64,000 nt of DNA from Eledone cirrhosa (Eukaryota). The notes beneath the pieces are model-generated. The model searched no databases, was not told the DNA's origin, and saw nothing but the letters and a program-made list of their open reading frames with translations. Below are positions 26,312 to 39,792 of this stretch, in pieces. The stretch is from NCBI GenBank assembly GCA_964016885.1, contig OZ024740.1, forward strand, positions 232,190,001 to 232,254,000, given 5' to 3'. Position 1 is the stretch's first letter; every line of letters begins with the position of its first letter. The translations under genes were made by a program, and so were the position numbers.

Positions 26312-26880
26312 ATAATAGTTTCTTATATAGGCACCAGGCCAGCAATTTCGAGTCGATTAAATCGACCCAGTGCATGACTGGATCTATATTTTATCGACCC
26401 TGTAAAGATGAAAGGCAAAGTTAACCTCGGTGGGATTTGAACTCAGACCGCAACGGGCCGTAACTGTATGCTGCAAAGAATGTCGTCCGACCCTCTACCG
26501 ATACTGCCAATCCACAATGGCTTCTAATTTGGGTACAAGACTATCAAATTGAGGAAGAGAGAATTCGACTACATTGAGCCTACTATTTGTCTAGCACATT
26601 ATTTTATGCAGAGTTAAAGTCGGCGGGATTTGTCCGATGGTTTAACGATTCTGCCAATCCACCGCTCTTATTAATTGTCAATGACGTACATAAGCATTAA
26701 TTACAATATATATCTATAAGTAGGAGTGTTAGCAGAATCGTTTGAACGTCGGATAGACTGTCCAGTTGTATTCGTTCAGAGCCTTGGCATTCTGAGTTCA
26801 AATACCACCGAGGGTTTACTTTGCCTTTCATTCTTTCGGGGTCATTAAATGTATTAAGTATTTGAATCGATTTTCCCCCT
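26312..26880. mobile_element. Cluster of family-1-related SINEs (26312-26514 -, about 26520-26668 -, about 26720-26880 +)
   Basis: Repeated GAGTTCAAAT / GCCTTTCAT / GGGGTC motifs at varying divergence. Confidence 0.75.
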
Positions 26881-28837
26881 ATCTTTATTTATAATTTTCA
26901 TTCTCTCACATTCTGGAAGACATTGACTGTACTCAGACCTGGTGAGTCATGAGCTCCACCAGATTTCAATTTCACGCTGGGGCTCGTATGATTCCATCAG
27001 AATGTCAGGGCCCTTGGCTGGATTGTTAATCTTTGAAGATACTCTGCCAAAGAACAGAACAGAAAAAGTTGTTGTGAGCTATGAAATGATAATTGGTGAC
27101 TTACAGGAAACAGCTCTATGCTATAATTATGTGACTAAAGACTAGATGTTGTTGCTGTTGTTATTTAACTCCAGATCAACTCTGAGTGTGGATATAGGAC
27201 CTCCGTCGGTTCTGATGATAAATGTTTCAGTTGTTGGAACAACAGAACATACTGCTCCTGAAATTAACGTACAAGTCACTGAACATTGCATAGACACATG
27301 CATTTTTAACATAGATAAAGATTCAGCTATGTGTGACAAGGCTGGCTCTTTGAATTACAGGTAAAAGGTTGTTGAGTTGCCTGTTGAGTTATCGTGAAAT
27401 AACATATTTTACTCAAGGACAAAACTAAACGATAAAAATGGAACTCACAACCATACCATCACGAAACAAATATTATAACTATTAAGCCATCAGCCGTCAC
27501 AGGAATTTGAGCCATGACCACTAGTTTCTTATATAGGCACAATGCCATTACCACTAGGTTACGCTCCTGAGTAAATTCATAGTCAATGGCATTTTCTCTT
27601 TATTTCAGGTAATGCATCAAATACTATACTATCAAATGTCCCTTTTAAAGAAAATGGTATAGAAAAATGTGAGGGCGATTTGATTGCTATATCTAACAGA
27701 TCACACTAATATATAGAGCTTTCCTCGTTGATTCACACTTCAGGTGTCATATTCTTATGCGTTTCCCATATCAGCTTTGATTTAGCAGATCTATGATAAT
27801 ACACGTTTTAGTCTTGTTCACTCTTTTTGTATATCCAGGAGAATATTCTCCAATGTACTCATTCCGAATTCAAATCGGTAGCATGTCATACGAAGGATAT
27901 TTGACTGTTATTTCTAATGAATCAAGTGGTTTTGTAGGCGCTTTCTTTCTTGCACACAGTAATCATGTAGTTCTTGCTTGTCACACTAAACCGGGTCGAC
28001 TACTTGGTAACTTTGATATTGCAGCATGCTGGTTGCAATGATGTAACATAGAAAGTGTAAGAAATTATATTCTAATTGAATTAATTATCTACTTCCTGTA
28101 TTTCTGCTAACGAACTTAGCATGTTAAAAATTTTGAAATTTCAGCATTGTAATTATGTAAATTAAATTAAAATTAAAAACGCTCATTCGTATTTGTTTCA
28201 TTAGCTATTTTGAGGCTCTGGTATTTTATGAAATCAGCGAAAATATAAGTTTGTTTTATATCTGATAATTATTTTAATGATATTATATATTGCAGCTAGG
28301 GTGGGGTGAAATATACGAAGTTATACTGGCAAACAATTACCTACTTGCTAACCCAACAAGTGGCGAAATTTTCAAAAACATTATTAGATGTTTTTCATGA
28401 TCTCCGAAAGTTCAAAGTTTCAAAATGCTAACTATATATTTTCAAAAACTAACTTCTCAAACAACATATGACAACATATTAATTCCTATAATACAAATTA
28501 AATACTATATGAGGACAGAAATGATCCTTTCGGAATGACAAAGAAATGTTGCTATTTTAACAGACCCACAAAGAAAATCGTTCTAGCTTTGTTCATTCCT
28601 TATTTTTATGTATTTGGGATTAGATTGCCAAATATGTCGTTATTTTAATATAATAGTTGGGTATGGTTTGCCTTCTATTTCGAGCGACCATGAAAATTTC
28701 ATCCGTTGGAAATTCTAAAGAAAAGTGGTTTTCAATTGTAAAATGACTCACAAGAATCATACAATCCCAAGCAATCCTTGGTTGAAAATTTACTAAATTA
28801 AATAACAAAAAAGTAACATTAATGTTATATCCTCCAA

Positions 28838-29022
28838 GGGCGGTGGATTGGCAGTATCAGTAGAGGGTCGGACACCATGCTTTCCAGCATAGTTACGTCC
28901 CTTTACGATCTGAGTTCAAATCCCGCCGAGGTTGACTTTGCCTTTCATCCTTACGGGATCGATAAAATAAAGTACCAGTAATGCACTGGGTAATTGCTGG
29001 CCTTGTGCCTAAAGTAGAGACA
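28838..29022 (+). mobile_element. tRNA-derived SINE (family 1)
   Basis: Family match; 18 bp TSD ATTAATGTTATATCCTCC. Confidence 0.9.
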
Positions 29023-29842
29023 ATTAATGTTATATCCTCCTATACTGTTTATTTTTTGGTTGAGTTCCGGTCAGCCACAGCTCGTTTCTCCATAACCATA
29101 TATATTCCTTAGTAAATAATAATCAAGTTCTTTTCAATAAGAGCACTTACACATATGTTTGCAGTTTGTCATTTTTATTCAGAGTTTGTCATTTTTATTC
29201 ACAAATCAATTTGTCATTTTTATTCACTCTTCCTATGAATGCTATAATCTTAAAACTATTCGTAGCGTAGCAAAAATGACCCAGTGTGCGTAGCTTAGGT
29301 TAAAATACTAAATTCATAACCGTGTATATTATGTCCATCTAATTATTACACTTTATCAAATACAGAAAATAGTTAACCACACAAGAGACACTGGCTAATA
29401 AGAAAGGACTAATGCTTCCGAATACTTCAAATTGTCAACAATCAAAGACAACTGACACATACGGAATCATTATATAGACGCTTGATCTGCTATAAATAGT
29501 AAACAATCCTGCCTCAATTCAGTCATTGTCAATTCACTACTTATTAAAGAACAAACGTGTTTCCTCTGAATATGGAAACCTAGCTTTATCGCATCTGTTC
29601 TTCACTAAAATAAGTTCTCAGTTGTTCACTTCACATTTTTCGGTGATTCATGAAAAAGGTTTGTCTCTATAATTCACCGGTTATTCTTCATTGATAAGGT
29701 GATATCCGATGGAAGTTACACGTCAGATTCTAATAGTCCAATAGATACTCGTTGCCTGTTCAAAATCTTTCTTTGAGTCCTCCAATGGTAATCTTTTAAT
29801 TACAAGGTTTACAAAAATTGAGAAAACATTAAAGTAAAGACA

Positions 29843-29895
<53 letters not shown>

Positions 29896-29913
29896 ACATA
29901 TATATATATATAT

Positions 29914-29974
<61 letters not shown>

Positions 29975-29975
<1 letters not shown>

Positions 29976-30225
29976 CTCCGGCTTAGCCTGTTCCCCCCTT
30001 TTGGAACTTTCCCCCCGTTGATGGGCGTGAGCCCGAAATATTGGGATTAAATCTCCACTACGGTAATCCTTCTACCTTTGTTTTGTTTTCGTTTCTCTCA
30101 TTTTTCACTTTTCTCCTATTTCTTACTCACTTCCTACCTCGAGATTTCCCATCTGCATTGTTGTGGCTTTCTAAACTACATATTTTACATATTCCACAAT
30201 GCTTCAAGCAAACTTTAACACCCTC
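29975..30225 (+). mobile_element. TA-flanked PLE 3'-end remnant with degenerate HHR (about 30010-30046)
   Basis: CCCC-CCGTTGA-TGGGCGTGAGCCC-GAAATATT-GGGA; terminal ACAATGCTTCAAG resembles the tail at 25911-25941. Confidence 0.5.
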
Positions 30226-31882
30226 ATATATATATATATATATATATAAACAATTAAATTACGCAGGCACTCCTGATCGTAGAAAACAAAACTCAAATTA
30301 CAGAAACGCTTACTAAAATATATCAGAAGACATTTTTTCACTGATATTCCTCCAACACTCGTATTAACAATATTGCCAAGGCTACATGAAAGATTTTTGC
30401 CTTTGCTGTAGGCAGCTGAGAAGTTATATCACACCTGATATATGCCTTGACTTCATGAAAATCTACAATTTTAAGCTTTCAACTCGTATACTTCCTTTTG
30501 TTAATCACTCCGTGTAACTTCCAACTAAAACTTATCTTATTTTGAAATTAGTGGATCCACACCTTTTTCACACCTAATTGAAATACATATCCCTTACCTT
30601 GCAATGCAGTACCACCAACGACAGTTTACATTTTGTGTTGTATGTGGTGCCATTATCCTGATTAGTTATATTTGCTCAACTCCGTACTATTATGATGGAT
30701 ATATAAGCAAATGATATGCTGCAGTTTAAAAGCAAGAATCGAAATAATATTGCAAACTCCTCACATCTCAACAGTCAAATTACTCTCCTTTAATGGATCT
30801 CCTATATAAAGGTAAATTTTGTAGACTGTACTGATTCAGTTCATTGATTCCAGCACATTGTATAATTGGCATATGTATGAAGCAAATAGGAGCCTTTGCA
30901 TGGTCAATTACATTTTTTAGAAATAGGAGCTAAATCTGGCCCTAACACGCACTGGCTTTTTACGGAAAGTTCACTGGATATTAAAGTCCTATTTCAGCAT
31001 GATTCGTTTGATAATAGGTCAGTTCTATCATATTTTTCAATATTCTTTCACATAAAAGACCTATCTGTTAGACACGCAGTGACTAACAAAATAATGTTTT
31101 AAGTCTGCGTGTCTGACATATATGCGTAGCTTGTGAATAAAAAAATCAAGGGGTGTCTCTGGCCGTGGTGATGATCGCTGCCAAACATGTTTTGTAATGT
31201 ATCGTCTTATTGGCTAATCAACCAACGAGAGTAATTGTTGGTCAAAAACATCTGCCATTTTGTTTGCACTTTTATTTATCATTTCGCTTTCGAATCTTCT
31301 TCCTGTAATTCGTTGTTTATCATCAAAATATTTTTCTTGTTTTGGTAAGTTATATTGTTAATTTATATATGATTTTTTAAATTTATATTAACTATTTTTT
31401 TTTCAGTTTGTTATAACATGCTTATAATATTGGTTCTATCATATTTACTTGTATATTTGTCCATATTGTTCATTTTATGTTAGATTATTTTATTATTATT
31501 ATGTTAGACTATTTGTATGTAATATTTAATTTCTATTAATTCAACTATAACAATTATTATGTAAAATATATTTATTTAATATTAATTGTTTTTTGTAGTT
31601 GTTTATATTAAAAGTCTGAATCGCCGTTTCCCTCTTACTCGATGATTTAACAAAGATTCTATGTTGTAAATACGAATTTGCATATCAAACTGGATACAAT
31701 ATGGATTTGTCAGGGAACTGTACAGATTCAACGCAACGTCCTGTGTGCAGTTGATGCATTAGCAAAATACAGTGCACGGAAACCACGTGTTATTTCCGAA
31801 AAGGATCGAGAATTTACACGTTATTCGGTCCGATGGGGCGCATTAACTAAGGAGTTCAGTCCTGAATTGTAACGGTGGAATT

Positions 31883-31989
<107 letters not shown>

Positions 31990-32376
31990 TAAGTATTGAA
32001 ACTTTTTGTGAAACAATTTCATATTACAATTGTTTCTATATCGATCAGCTGGAGGACCAACATGTTGAACCTGTGTCTATATGTCGTTGAAAATGAAAGG
32101 GAATATGTTTCTCTTTAAGTGTTACGTAAACTATCTATTTTCTACCCTCATTGTTTTGGCGATATATTTCGCCTCATCGTTGATAGAGATATGTGGTAGC
32201 GTCGGCCTTCTTTTATTTTCTTACATTTTTAACATTTTCCAGTTCATTTTCATCGGCGGACCAACGAGACGTACGTACCTGGTATGGCAGCGTTGTAGTA
32301 ACTGGCCTTAATAATTTTATCAAAGCCCGCTTGGATATCTTTACCATACTACTACTACTACTACTACTACTACTAT

Positions 32377-32420
<44 letters not shown>

Positions 32421-33379
32421 TATATGTATATATATACATATATATATAACTAAGAGGGTGTGGTAAGATACCAGGTGGACCATAACGCACCAGAGTACTC
32501 AAAACTTAGGGTAGTTGAGTGGGTAATAGGAAAAAAGTCAGGAACCCGACGGCTGAGTTCCGGCCGTTTCGACTACTAGATCCGAACACAGTACGGATTT
32601 AGCTGTCGAAACGGCCGGAGCTCAGCCGTCGGGATCCTGAGTGTTTTCCTACTTTCCTATATATATATATATATATATGTATGTATATATTTAAATATAG
32701 ATTTAGCGAGCATCGTATTTTGGCGGGTAGAAATTAGCGAAACGCAACTTCCGTATTGTGTAGACAAGCGGTCAATGGCTATGAAGATACCAGATCTACA
32801 AACATAAGTTAACAAGGTCATACAAACTGAGACGATGGTTAAGAAGCCATTAACCACCTGAGCCAAAGAAGCGAACAAGCTAAACGGGTCAAACAAAATG
32901 AGATATGATTGAAATAGTTACCCGGACCCTCGGGGAAATATACAATTGTGAATGTGATTGAGAACATATGTGTGTGTATCTGTGTGTGCGTGTGTGTGTG
33001 TGTGAGAGAGAGAGAAAGAGAATGTATGCTTGTGCGCGTGTGTGTGTGTCAGAGAGAGAAAGAGAGAGAGAGAGAGAGTGAGAGAGATAAAGGGAAGGAT
33101 TGATTATAGTGGTTCCCTGGTGTATCCCGCAATGTTGAAACGCAAGGTTGATTAAGGTGGGCTGAGAAACCGTAGCGTATATATCCGCAACAAATACCAC
33201 AAAGCATTCTCCTATATTGAAGCTGCTACTCTATTGTTCTTCTAGGCTTATATATGTATATGTATAAACACACACACACCACATATACATGTGTGTGTAA
33301 ATGTGTGTATGTATATCTATATATATATAAATATCTATATATATACATATATACACATATTTATTATATATATGGATAC

Positions 33380-33440
<61 letters not shown>

Positions 33441-33609
33441 TTTATATATATATATATATATATATACATATATACACATATTTATTATATATATGGATAC
33501 ATATGTATATATATATATATATATATAAATATTTATATATATAAAAATATTTATATATATATATATATATATATACATATATACACATATTTATTATATA
33601 TATGAATAC

Positions 33610-33655
<46 letters not shown>

Positions 33656-35027
33656 ATATATAATGTGTGTTTATATATATAATGTGTGTATATATAACCC
33701 CACACTTCCCACTAATGTTTCCTATGTTGCCACTAACATTAATATGAAAATCAGGCTATTTGATTCGTTGAGAGATTTGGGAAATGGTATCAGTTGCTGA
33801 GAAATAGTCCCCTAATCTTCTGGCGTGTGTCTGATAAGAAGCAAATTAATATACTTTGTCACGTGCTTTTCTTATTTCGGGCAACTAATAATTTAATAAT
33901 TTGATATTTCCGACGAAAAGTAAAAATCTAACATATAAAGAATCAAACAACTAAACAAAAAATAACAAGAAAGAAATGAAAAAAAGTGTTTGTTAAAAGT
34001 GAATAATAATGATTTCTAACATAGGCACGAGGCCAGATATTTTCTCGGGGCGGGCCGGTGAATGTCGCTTAATTCAACCACATTACTTAACTGGCTCGTT
34101 ATTGTATTGAGCTAGGAATAATGATATTTGATCTCGCTGGGATTTGAACTCAGAGAAGTAATGAGCTAGATTTTGTTCCTCAGACAACCACCCAGTTCTC
34201 CTCTGTTGTGCTATTATCACCTTTTCACGACACTCTGAATCGCACGGTAGAGGATTAATAGGGCTCGCATTTGTTTTTTTAAAGCCAAAATGGGTTTAAT
34301 TAATACTAAGTATATATTATGCCAAGGGTATGGTCCGAACGAGGAAGAACCGAACTCCCACTGTCATTTCCTCAATCTCTCTCGCCCTCCCCATCTTTTA
34401 TAGCCTGCAGAACTATAATGAATAGTAGTGGGTTAAGAACCGAACCTTGATGAACTCCTACTTTTACCTAGCAAAAGCCTGAAGTTATCTGCACTGATAC
34501 ATAGTATAAATATATAAATGAATAAATAAATAAACATATAAATAAATAGAAATGTACATTATTTAGTTTCGTCCCTGTGTTCTCTGTTTAATTCCCATCG
34601 GTGTTTAATTTGCTTTTAATCACACCGGTTTTTGTGAAATACAAACCAGTTATTGAATTTTATAAATTCAAACAACTATTCTTTCATTACAAAACGTGAG
34701 TTAAGGAAATACATTAAGTATGGTATTATGAATTTATATAATTTAGGAAGGAGGTGATGTACTGAATGACTTATACAAACACTTTTTAATGCATTGAAAT
34801 GTGTCTCTTGGTTGGAGAAAGATAACACAAACCTTAAGATAAGTTCAAACAATTATTAATCAAGTTCACAGAAAATTTAATTTTCATGCTTATTTCATCA
34901 ATAATATAGGATAAGGTGGGGAATTGAGGGACATTGCTAGCACTGCCTATTCGGTGAAGTTAATGTCCAACTTCAATATTCCGTAAAGGAATATAATTAT
35001 TTTTGTTCTGTAACTCTAGGTCCAGTA

Positions 35028-35283
35028 GAGGCACGTGGCCTAGTGGTAAGGGGGTTCGATTCCTTGGTTGCGTGTTGTATTCTTGAGCAAAATACTTCAT
35101 TTCCCGTTGCTCCAGTATACTCAGCTGAAAATGAGTACCAGCAATAGCTGGTGGTTTAACCCCGTGGTGGACTGGCGTCCTGTCTAGGGGGGAATCTTGT
35201 ACTCTCAGTCGCTTCACGCCATGAAACCTGGATAAGCACCGGCCAAATGACCCCTCTGGCTTAAGACAGACTTTAGATTTTAG
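35028..35283 (+). mobile_element. tRNA-derived CORE-like SINE (family 2)
   Basis: GTGGCCTAGTGGTAAG, GGTTCGATTCC, TTCTTGAGCAAAATACTTCATTT; 13 bp TSD ACTCTAGGTCCAG. Confidence 0.85.
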
Positions 35284-36029
35284 ACTCTAGGTCCAGAAGC
35301 TCTATGATCAAAGATATACCAACACTGACTATAAACTCTGTATATGAGCTTAGTATATCTATGGGTGACTAAATTACCTAATGTATTCTTCCTTGTCACA
35401 AGTCTTGTTGGGATTTTAATGGTATTTCATTTTGTATTTTAACTAGATTTAGTAAGCACAAATAGGCCGTCGTTCTAAGAGATGTTTGCTTGCTGAAAAA
35501 TTATAGTTTCAGAGAGGTCATTCAAAAGGGCTCTGATATGAAAATGTGCTAGAGTCAAATTAAAAAAATGAATGTACTTATGTTTTAACGACTAGAAGAC
35601 AGCACTACTTCTACTCTTAGTACAATCCAGTTTTGGTGCCATTTTTCCAATTGTTAACTATTATATACATCGCCAGTAACTACGAGCACTACTTAATTTA
35701 ATTCTTTCTTGAGAAGCACTTTAATTCAAACATATATTCAATTTCGTCCGTCAAATTCTTATTAAAAACACCATGGCCTGAACACTGAATATTCTCTCGC
35801 ACAAAATCCTCATATTCAAATAATTGAGGTTTCGGGATGATTCTGCTGTCTTTTTGTAACAAAATTTAGTCATTTATAAAATAATATATCTCATTACATA
35901 AGGCTGTAGATTTTAATTAATTAAATGGCTGGTCTTGTATCATCAAACATACCTAATGAGAAAATGACAGGTTTTGTATATTATCAAAAGAAGCACGATT
36001 GTGACCAGACAAGATCAGTTGTACTACTG

Positions 36030-36079
<50 letters not shown>

Positions 36080-36122
36080 GCTGCTGCTGCTGTTGCTGCT
36101 ATAGCTGCTGCCGTTGCTGCTG

Positions 36123-36165
<43 letters not shown>

Positions 36166-37736
36166 TACTACTACTACTACTACTACTGCCGCTGTTGATG
36201 CTGCTGCTGTTGCTATAAAAAGGACAGGGAAAAATTTGAGATTCAATACAATATACCAAAAATAGTTAAAATTGAAAAAAAAAACTTACTCTGATAAGAA
36301 CGACCAGCGACTGATAAGCACTGCAACAACAAGATCAAGAATATCAATCATTGGTAACAACGACAACGACAACAACAACAACAGCAACAGCAACAACAAC
36401 AACAACAACAACACCGACAACAACAGCACTAACTAAAACATCAACTACGACAAGAAATAAAATAAGAAATGAGCCCATCAAATATATCAAACAAACTAGA
36501 ACAAAAAACTACTAACACAACAACAACAAAAAACAACAAAACAAAGACAACAGTACAACAACAACAACAACAACAAAAAGCAAAGCAAAACCAAAGAACA
36601 ACAACAAGTGCAACAACAACAACAAACACAACAACAATACAAAGAACAACAAGTACAACAACAACAAAAACAAAGCAAAACCAAAGAACAAGTACAACAA
36701 CAACAACAACAAGTATAACAACAACAAAAACAAAGCATAACCAAAGAACAACAAGTACAACAACAACAACAACAAAAACAAAGCGAAACCAAAGAACAAC
36801 AACAAGTATAACAACAACAAAAACAAAGCAAAACCAAAGAACAACAGCAAGTATAACAACAACAACAAAAACAAAGCAAAACCAAAGAACAACAACAAGT
36901 ATAACAACAACAACAAAAACAAAGCCAAACTAAAGAACAACAACAAGTATAATAACAACAACAAAAGCAAAGGAAAACACTAAGAATAGAAAAATAAACT
37001 AATGGGAACAAGAGAAAAAAAGAAGTGAGCATATAAAGAACATGAAACAAGAACAAGTACAACAATGACCATAAGCGTAGGCAAAACCACCACCACCACC
37101 ACCACCACCACCGCCATCACCACCATCACCACCACCACCACCATCAACACGACCATCACCACCACCACCATGACCACCATTACCACCACCACCACCACCA
37201 CCACCCAAGCAACACCACCACCATCAATCGTTATCACAACTGCTACCATCACCACCACCACCATCACCACCACCTCCACCACCACCACTACTAGCACCAC
37301 AACCACCACCATACCACCAACACCACCACCACCAGCTTCACCAGCTCCACCACCACCACCATCACCAACACTACTACTAGCACCACAACCACCACCATAC
37401 CACCACAACCACCACCACCACCACCACCTCCATGGTGATGGTGGTGGTGGTGGTGGTTGTGGTGGTATGGTGGTGGTATGGTGGTGGTTGTGGTATTAGT
37501 AGTGGTGTTGGTGATGGTGGTGGTGGTGGATGGTGGTGGTGGTGGTGGTGGTGGTTGTGGTGGTATGGTGGTGGTTGTGGTGCTAGTAGTGGTGTTGGTG
37601 ATGGTGGTGGTGATGGAGCTGGTGGTGGTGGTGGTGGTGGTGGTATGGTGGTGGTTGTGGTGCTAGTAGTGGTGGTGGTGGAGGTGGTGGTGATGGTGGT
37701 GGTGGTGATGGTAGCAGTTGTGATAACGATAATATT

Positions 37737-37926
37737 AATTGTTTCTACTGTTGGCACAAGGCCAGCAATTATCCCAGTGTATTACTGGTACTTTATTTTA
37801 TCAACCCCGTAAGGATGAAAGGCAAAGTCAACCTCGGCGGGATTTGAACTCAGTCCGTAAAGGGACGTAACTGTGCTGCAAAGCATGGCGTCCGATCCTC
37901 TACCGATACTGCCAATCTACCGCCCT
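37737..37926 (-). mobile_element. tRNA-derived SINE (family 1)
   Basis: Full family match. Confidence 0.9.
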
Positions 37927-38496
37927 TACGGTAATAATAACGATAATAATAATGATGGTGATGGTGGTGTGCTGTTGGTAGTGATGATGATGATAACGAT
38001 TATAGTGGTAGTCGTGATGGCTGTAGTGGTGGTGGTGGTAGTGGGTTTGATAGAGGTGGTGGGATAATGATAATGATCATCATGAGGAAGAAGAGCAGCG
38101 GCAGCAGAGCAGCAGTAATAGTAGTAGTAGTAGTAGTAATAGTAGTTGTAGTAGTAGTAGTAGTAGTATCAGCGGTAGTAGTAAGAGGAGGAAAAACATG
38201 GTTATGGTTGTGATGATGATGATGATAATTATGATACTGCCAATTGGTATTCATTTTTTAACCCGAAATCATCTCTGATTTAGTGGTCCTATGATGATCG
38301 AAGGTGGTCTAGATATGACCGCGCCTTGATATTTTTTACAATGCTGAGTTCGATTTCTTTTTTTAAAGGTGGTAGTATGCTCGGCTGGGGCCGGCGATGA
38401 CAAGTAATGTCTTGATGCTTTGGATGTTGTTTTCGGTTCTAGTGGTAGAGCTGTTGTTGGAGTTATTGATATTAGCACTGGTTGTTGTGTTGAAGG

Positions 38497-38845
38497 CTAA
38501 TATTTGCGATACTGGCAAGCGGCTAAGCGACCGTATCTGTACAGTGAGCTGTTCAACATTACCAAACTTCGACCAATTACATCAATTGTCAAGTCAAGAG
38601 TACTCAAACTATGCGGTCATATAAAAAGATCAACTCGTGGTGTGAGTATGTTATGTCTGGAAGGAAGGTTGGCTGGTAGGAGAAGCAGAGGCCGGTAGCC
38701 AAAACGATGGCTTGACAATGTCAACTTATGGACTGGACTTGATCTCTGCTCTTTAAACTCTGCTGCTGGTGATCGAACTTTGTGGAGGAAAATATCTCAT
38801 GTTCATGCACAGTCTGCAAGTGGCGGAGTTAAGCGTAAAAAAGAA
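38497..38845 (+). mobile_element. 5'-truncated RTE-type LINE 3' end
   Basis: LKLCGHIKR...LEGRLAGRRSRGR*PKRWLDNVNLWTGL...AGDRTLWR; 13 bp TSD GTTGTGTTGAAGG. Confidence 0.85.
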
Positions 38846-39114
38846 GTTGTGTTGAAGGTGGTGGTGGTAGTATTGATGATTATGATAATAGTATTGATAA
38901 TGCTGGTAATGGTGTTGTAAGTGGTATTGATAGCTGTGATTGTAGTTATATTGGTGGTAGTAGTGCTGCTGTTGGAGTTGTTGATAGTGGTGGTGGTAGT
39001 AATGTTGGCATTGTTACTGGTTGTATTAGTGGTGGTGGTAATAAAAGATTGAAATCAGCAATGGACAGAATTTAGAAAGAAAGAATTACTCTATTATAAA
39101 AATAACATGTAACC

Positions 39115-39158
<44 letters not shown>

Positions 39159-39207
39159 AACTACTACTACTACTACTACTACAACCACTACTACTACTAC
39201 TACTAAC

Positions 39208-39277
<70 letters not shown>

Positions 39278-39592
39278 GGCTGTTCTCGGTGATGTTGTTT
39301 GTATTTGTTTGAAAGATAGGTGAATATCTTAGATAAGAGAGTGAAGGGTTCACTTCAAGGGCGATAAAATTATTGTCATCCCTCATTCAAATACCACCAT
39401 CGCAACTGCTAAATTTACCCCCAGCATCTGTACAATAACCATTACAGCCACTTTCACCCCCACTCGTCATGTCACTGTCCTATCGACTCTTGAACAGCCT
39501 TCTTCTCCCTGTCTTCAAAGCCCCCCAATTATTTTCTCCGAACACATCACCAAACTCCTGACCTAACATCTTTAATTATTATTAACACCAGA

Positions 39593-39792
39593 GGGCAGTA
39601 TCGGTAGAGCGGTGGATTGACAGTATCGGTAGAGGGTCTGACGTTATGCTTTGCAGCAAAGAGTTACGCCCCTTTATGGTTTGAGTTCAAATCCCGCCGA
39701 GGTTAACTTTGCCTTTCATCCTTACGGGGTCGATAAAATAAAGTACCAGTAATGTATTGGTTTATTGCTGGCCTTGTGCCAAAAGTAGAAAC
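39593..39792 (+). mobile_element. tRNA-derived SINE (family 1) with duplicated 5' segment
   Basis: 19 bp TSD AATTATTATTAACACCAGA. Confidence 0.9.

Noticed and set aside
30280-31870. Possible DNA transposon remnant
   Set aside because: No TIR pair or recognisable transposase motif found by eye
33340-33660. Three ~115 bp TA-rich tandem units (also 18 bp x3 at about 42378, 17 bp x3 at about 29165)
   Set aside because: Ordinary slippage-type duplications in low-complexity DNA
36469-37812. Mucin-like Thr-rich and Pro-rich ORFs
   Set aside because: Arise from AAC/ACC repeats that are open in most frames on both strands; no signal peptide or splice support seen
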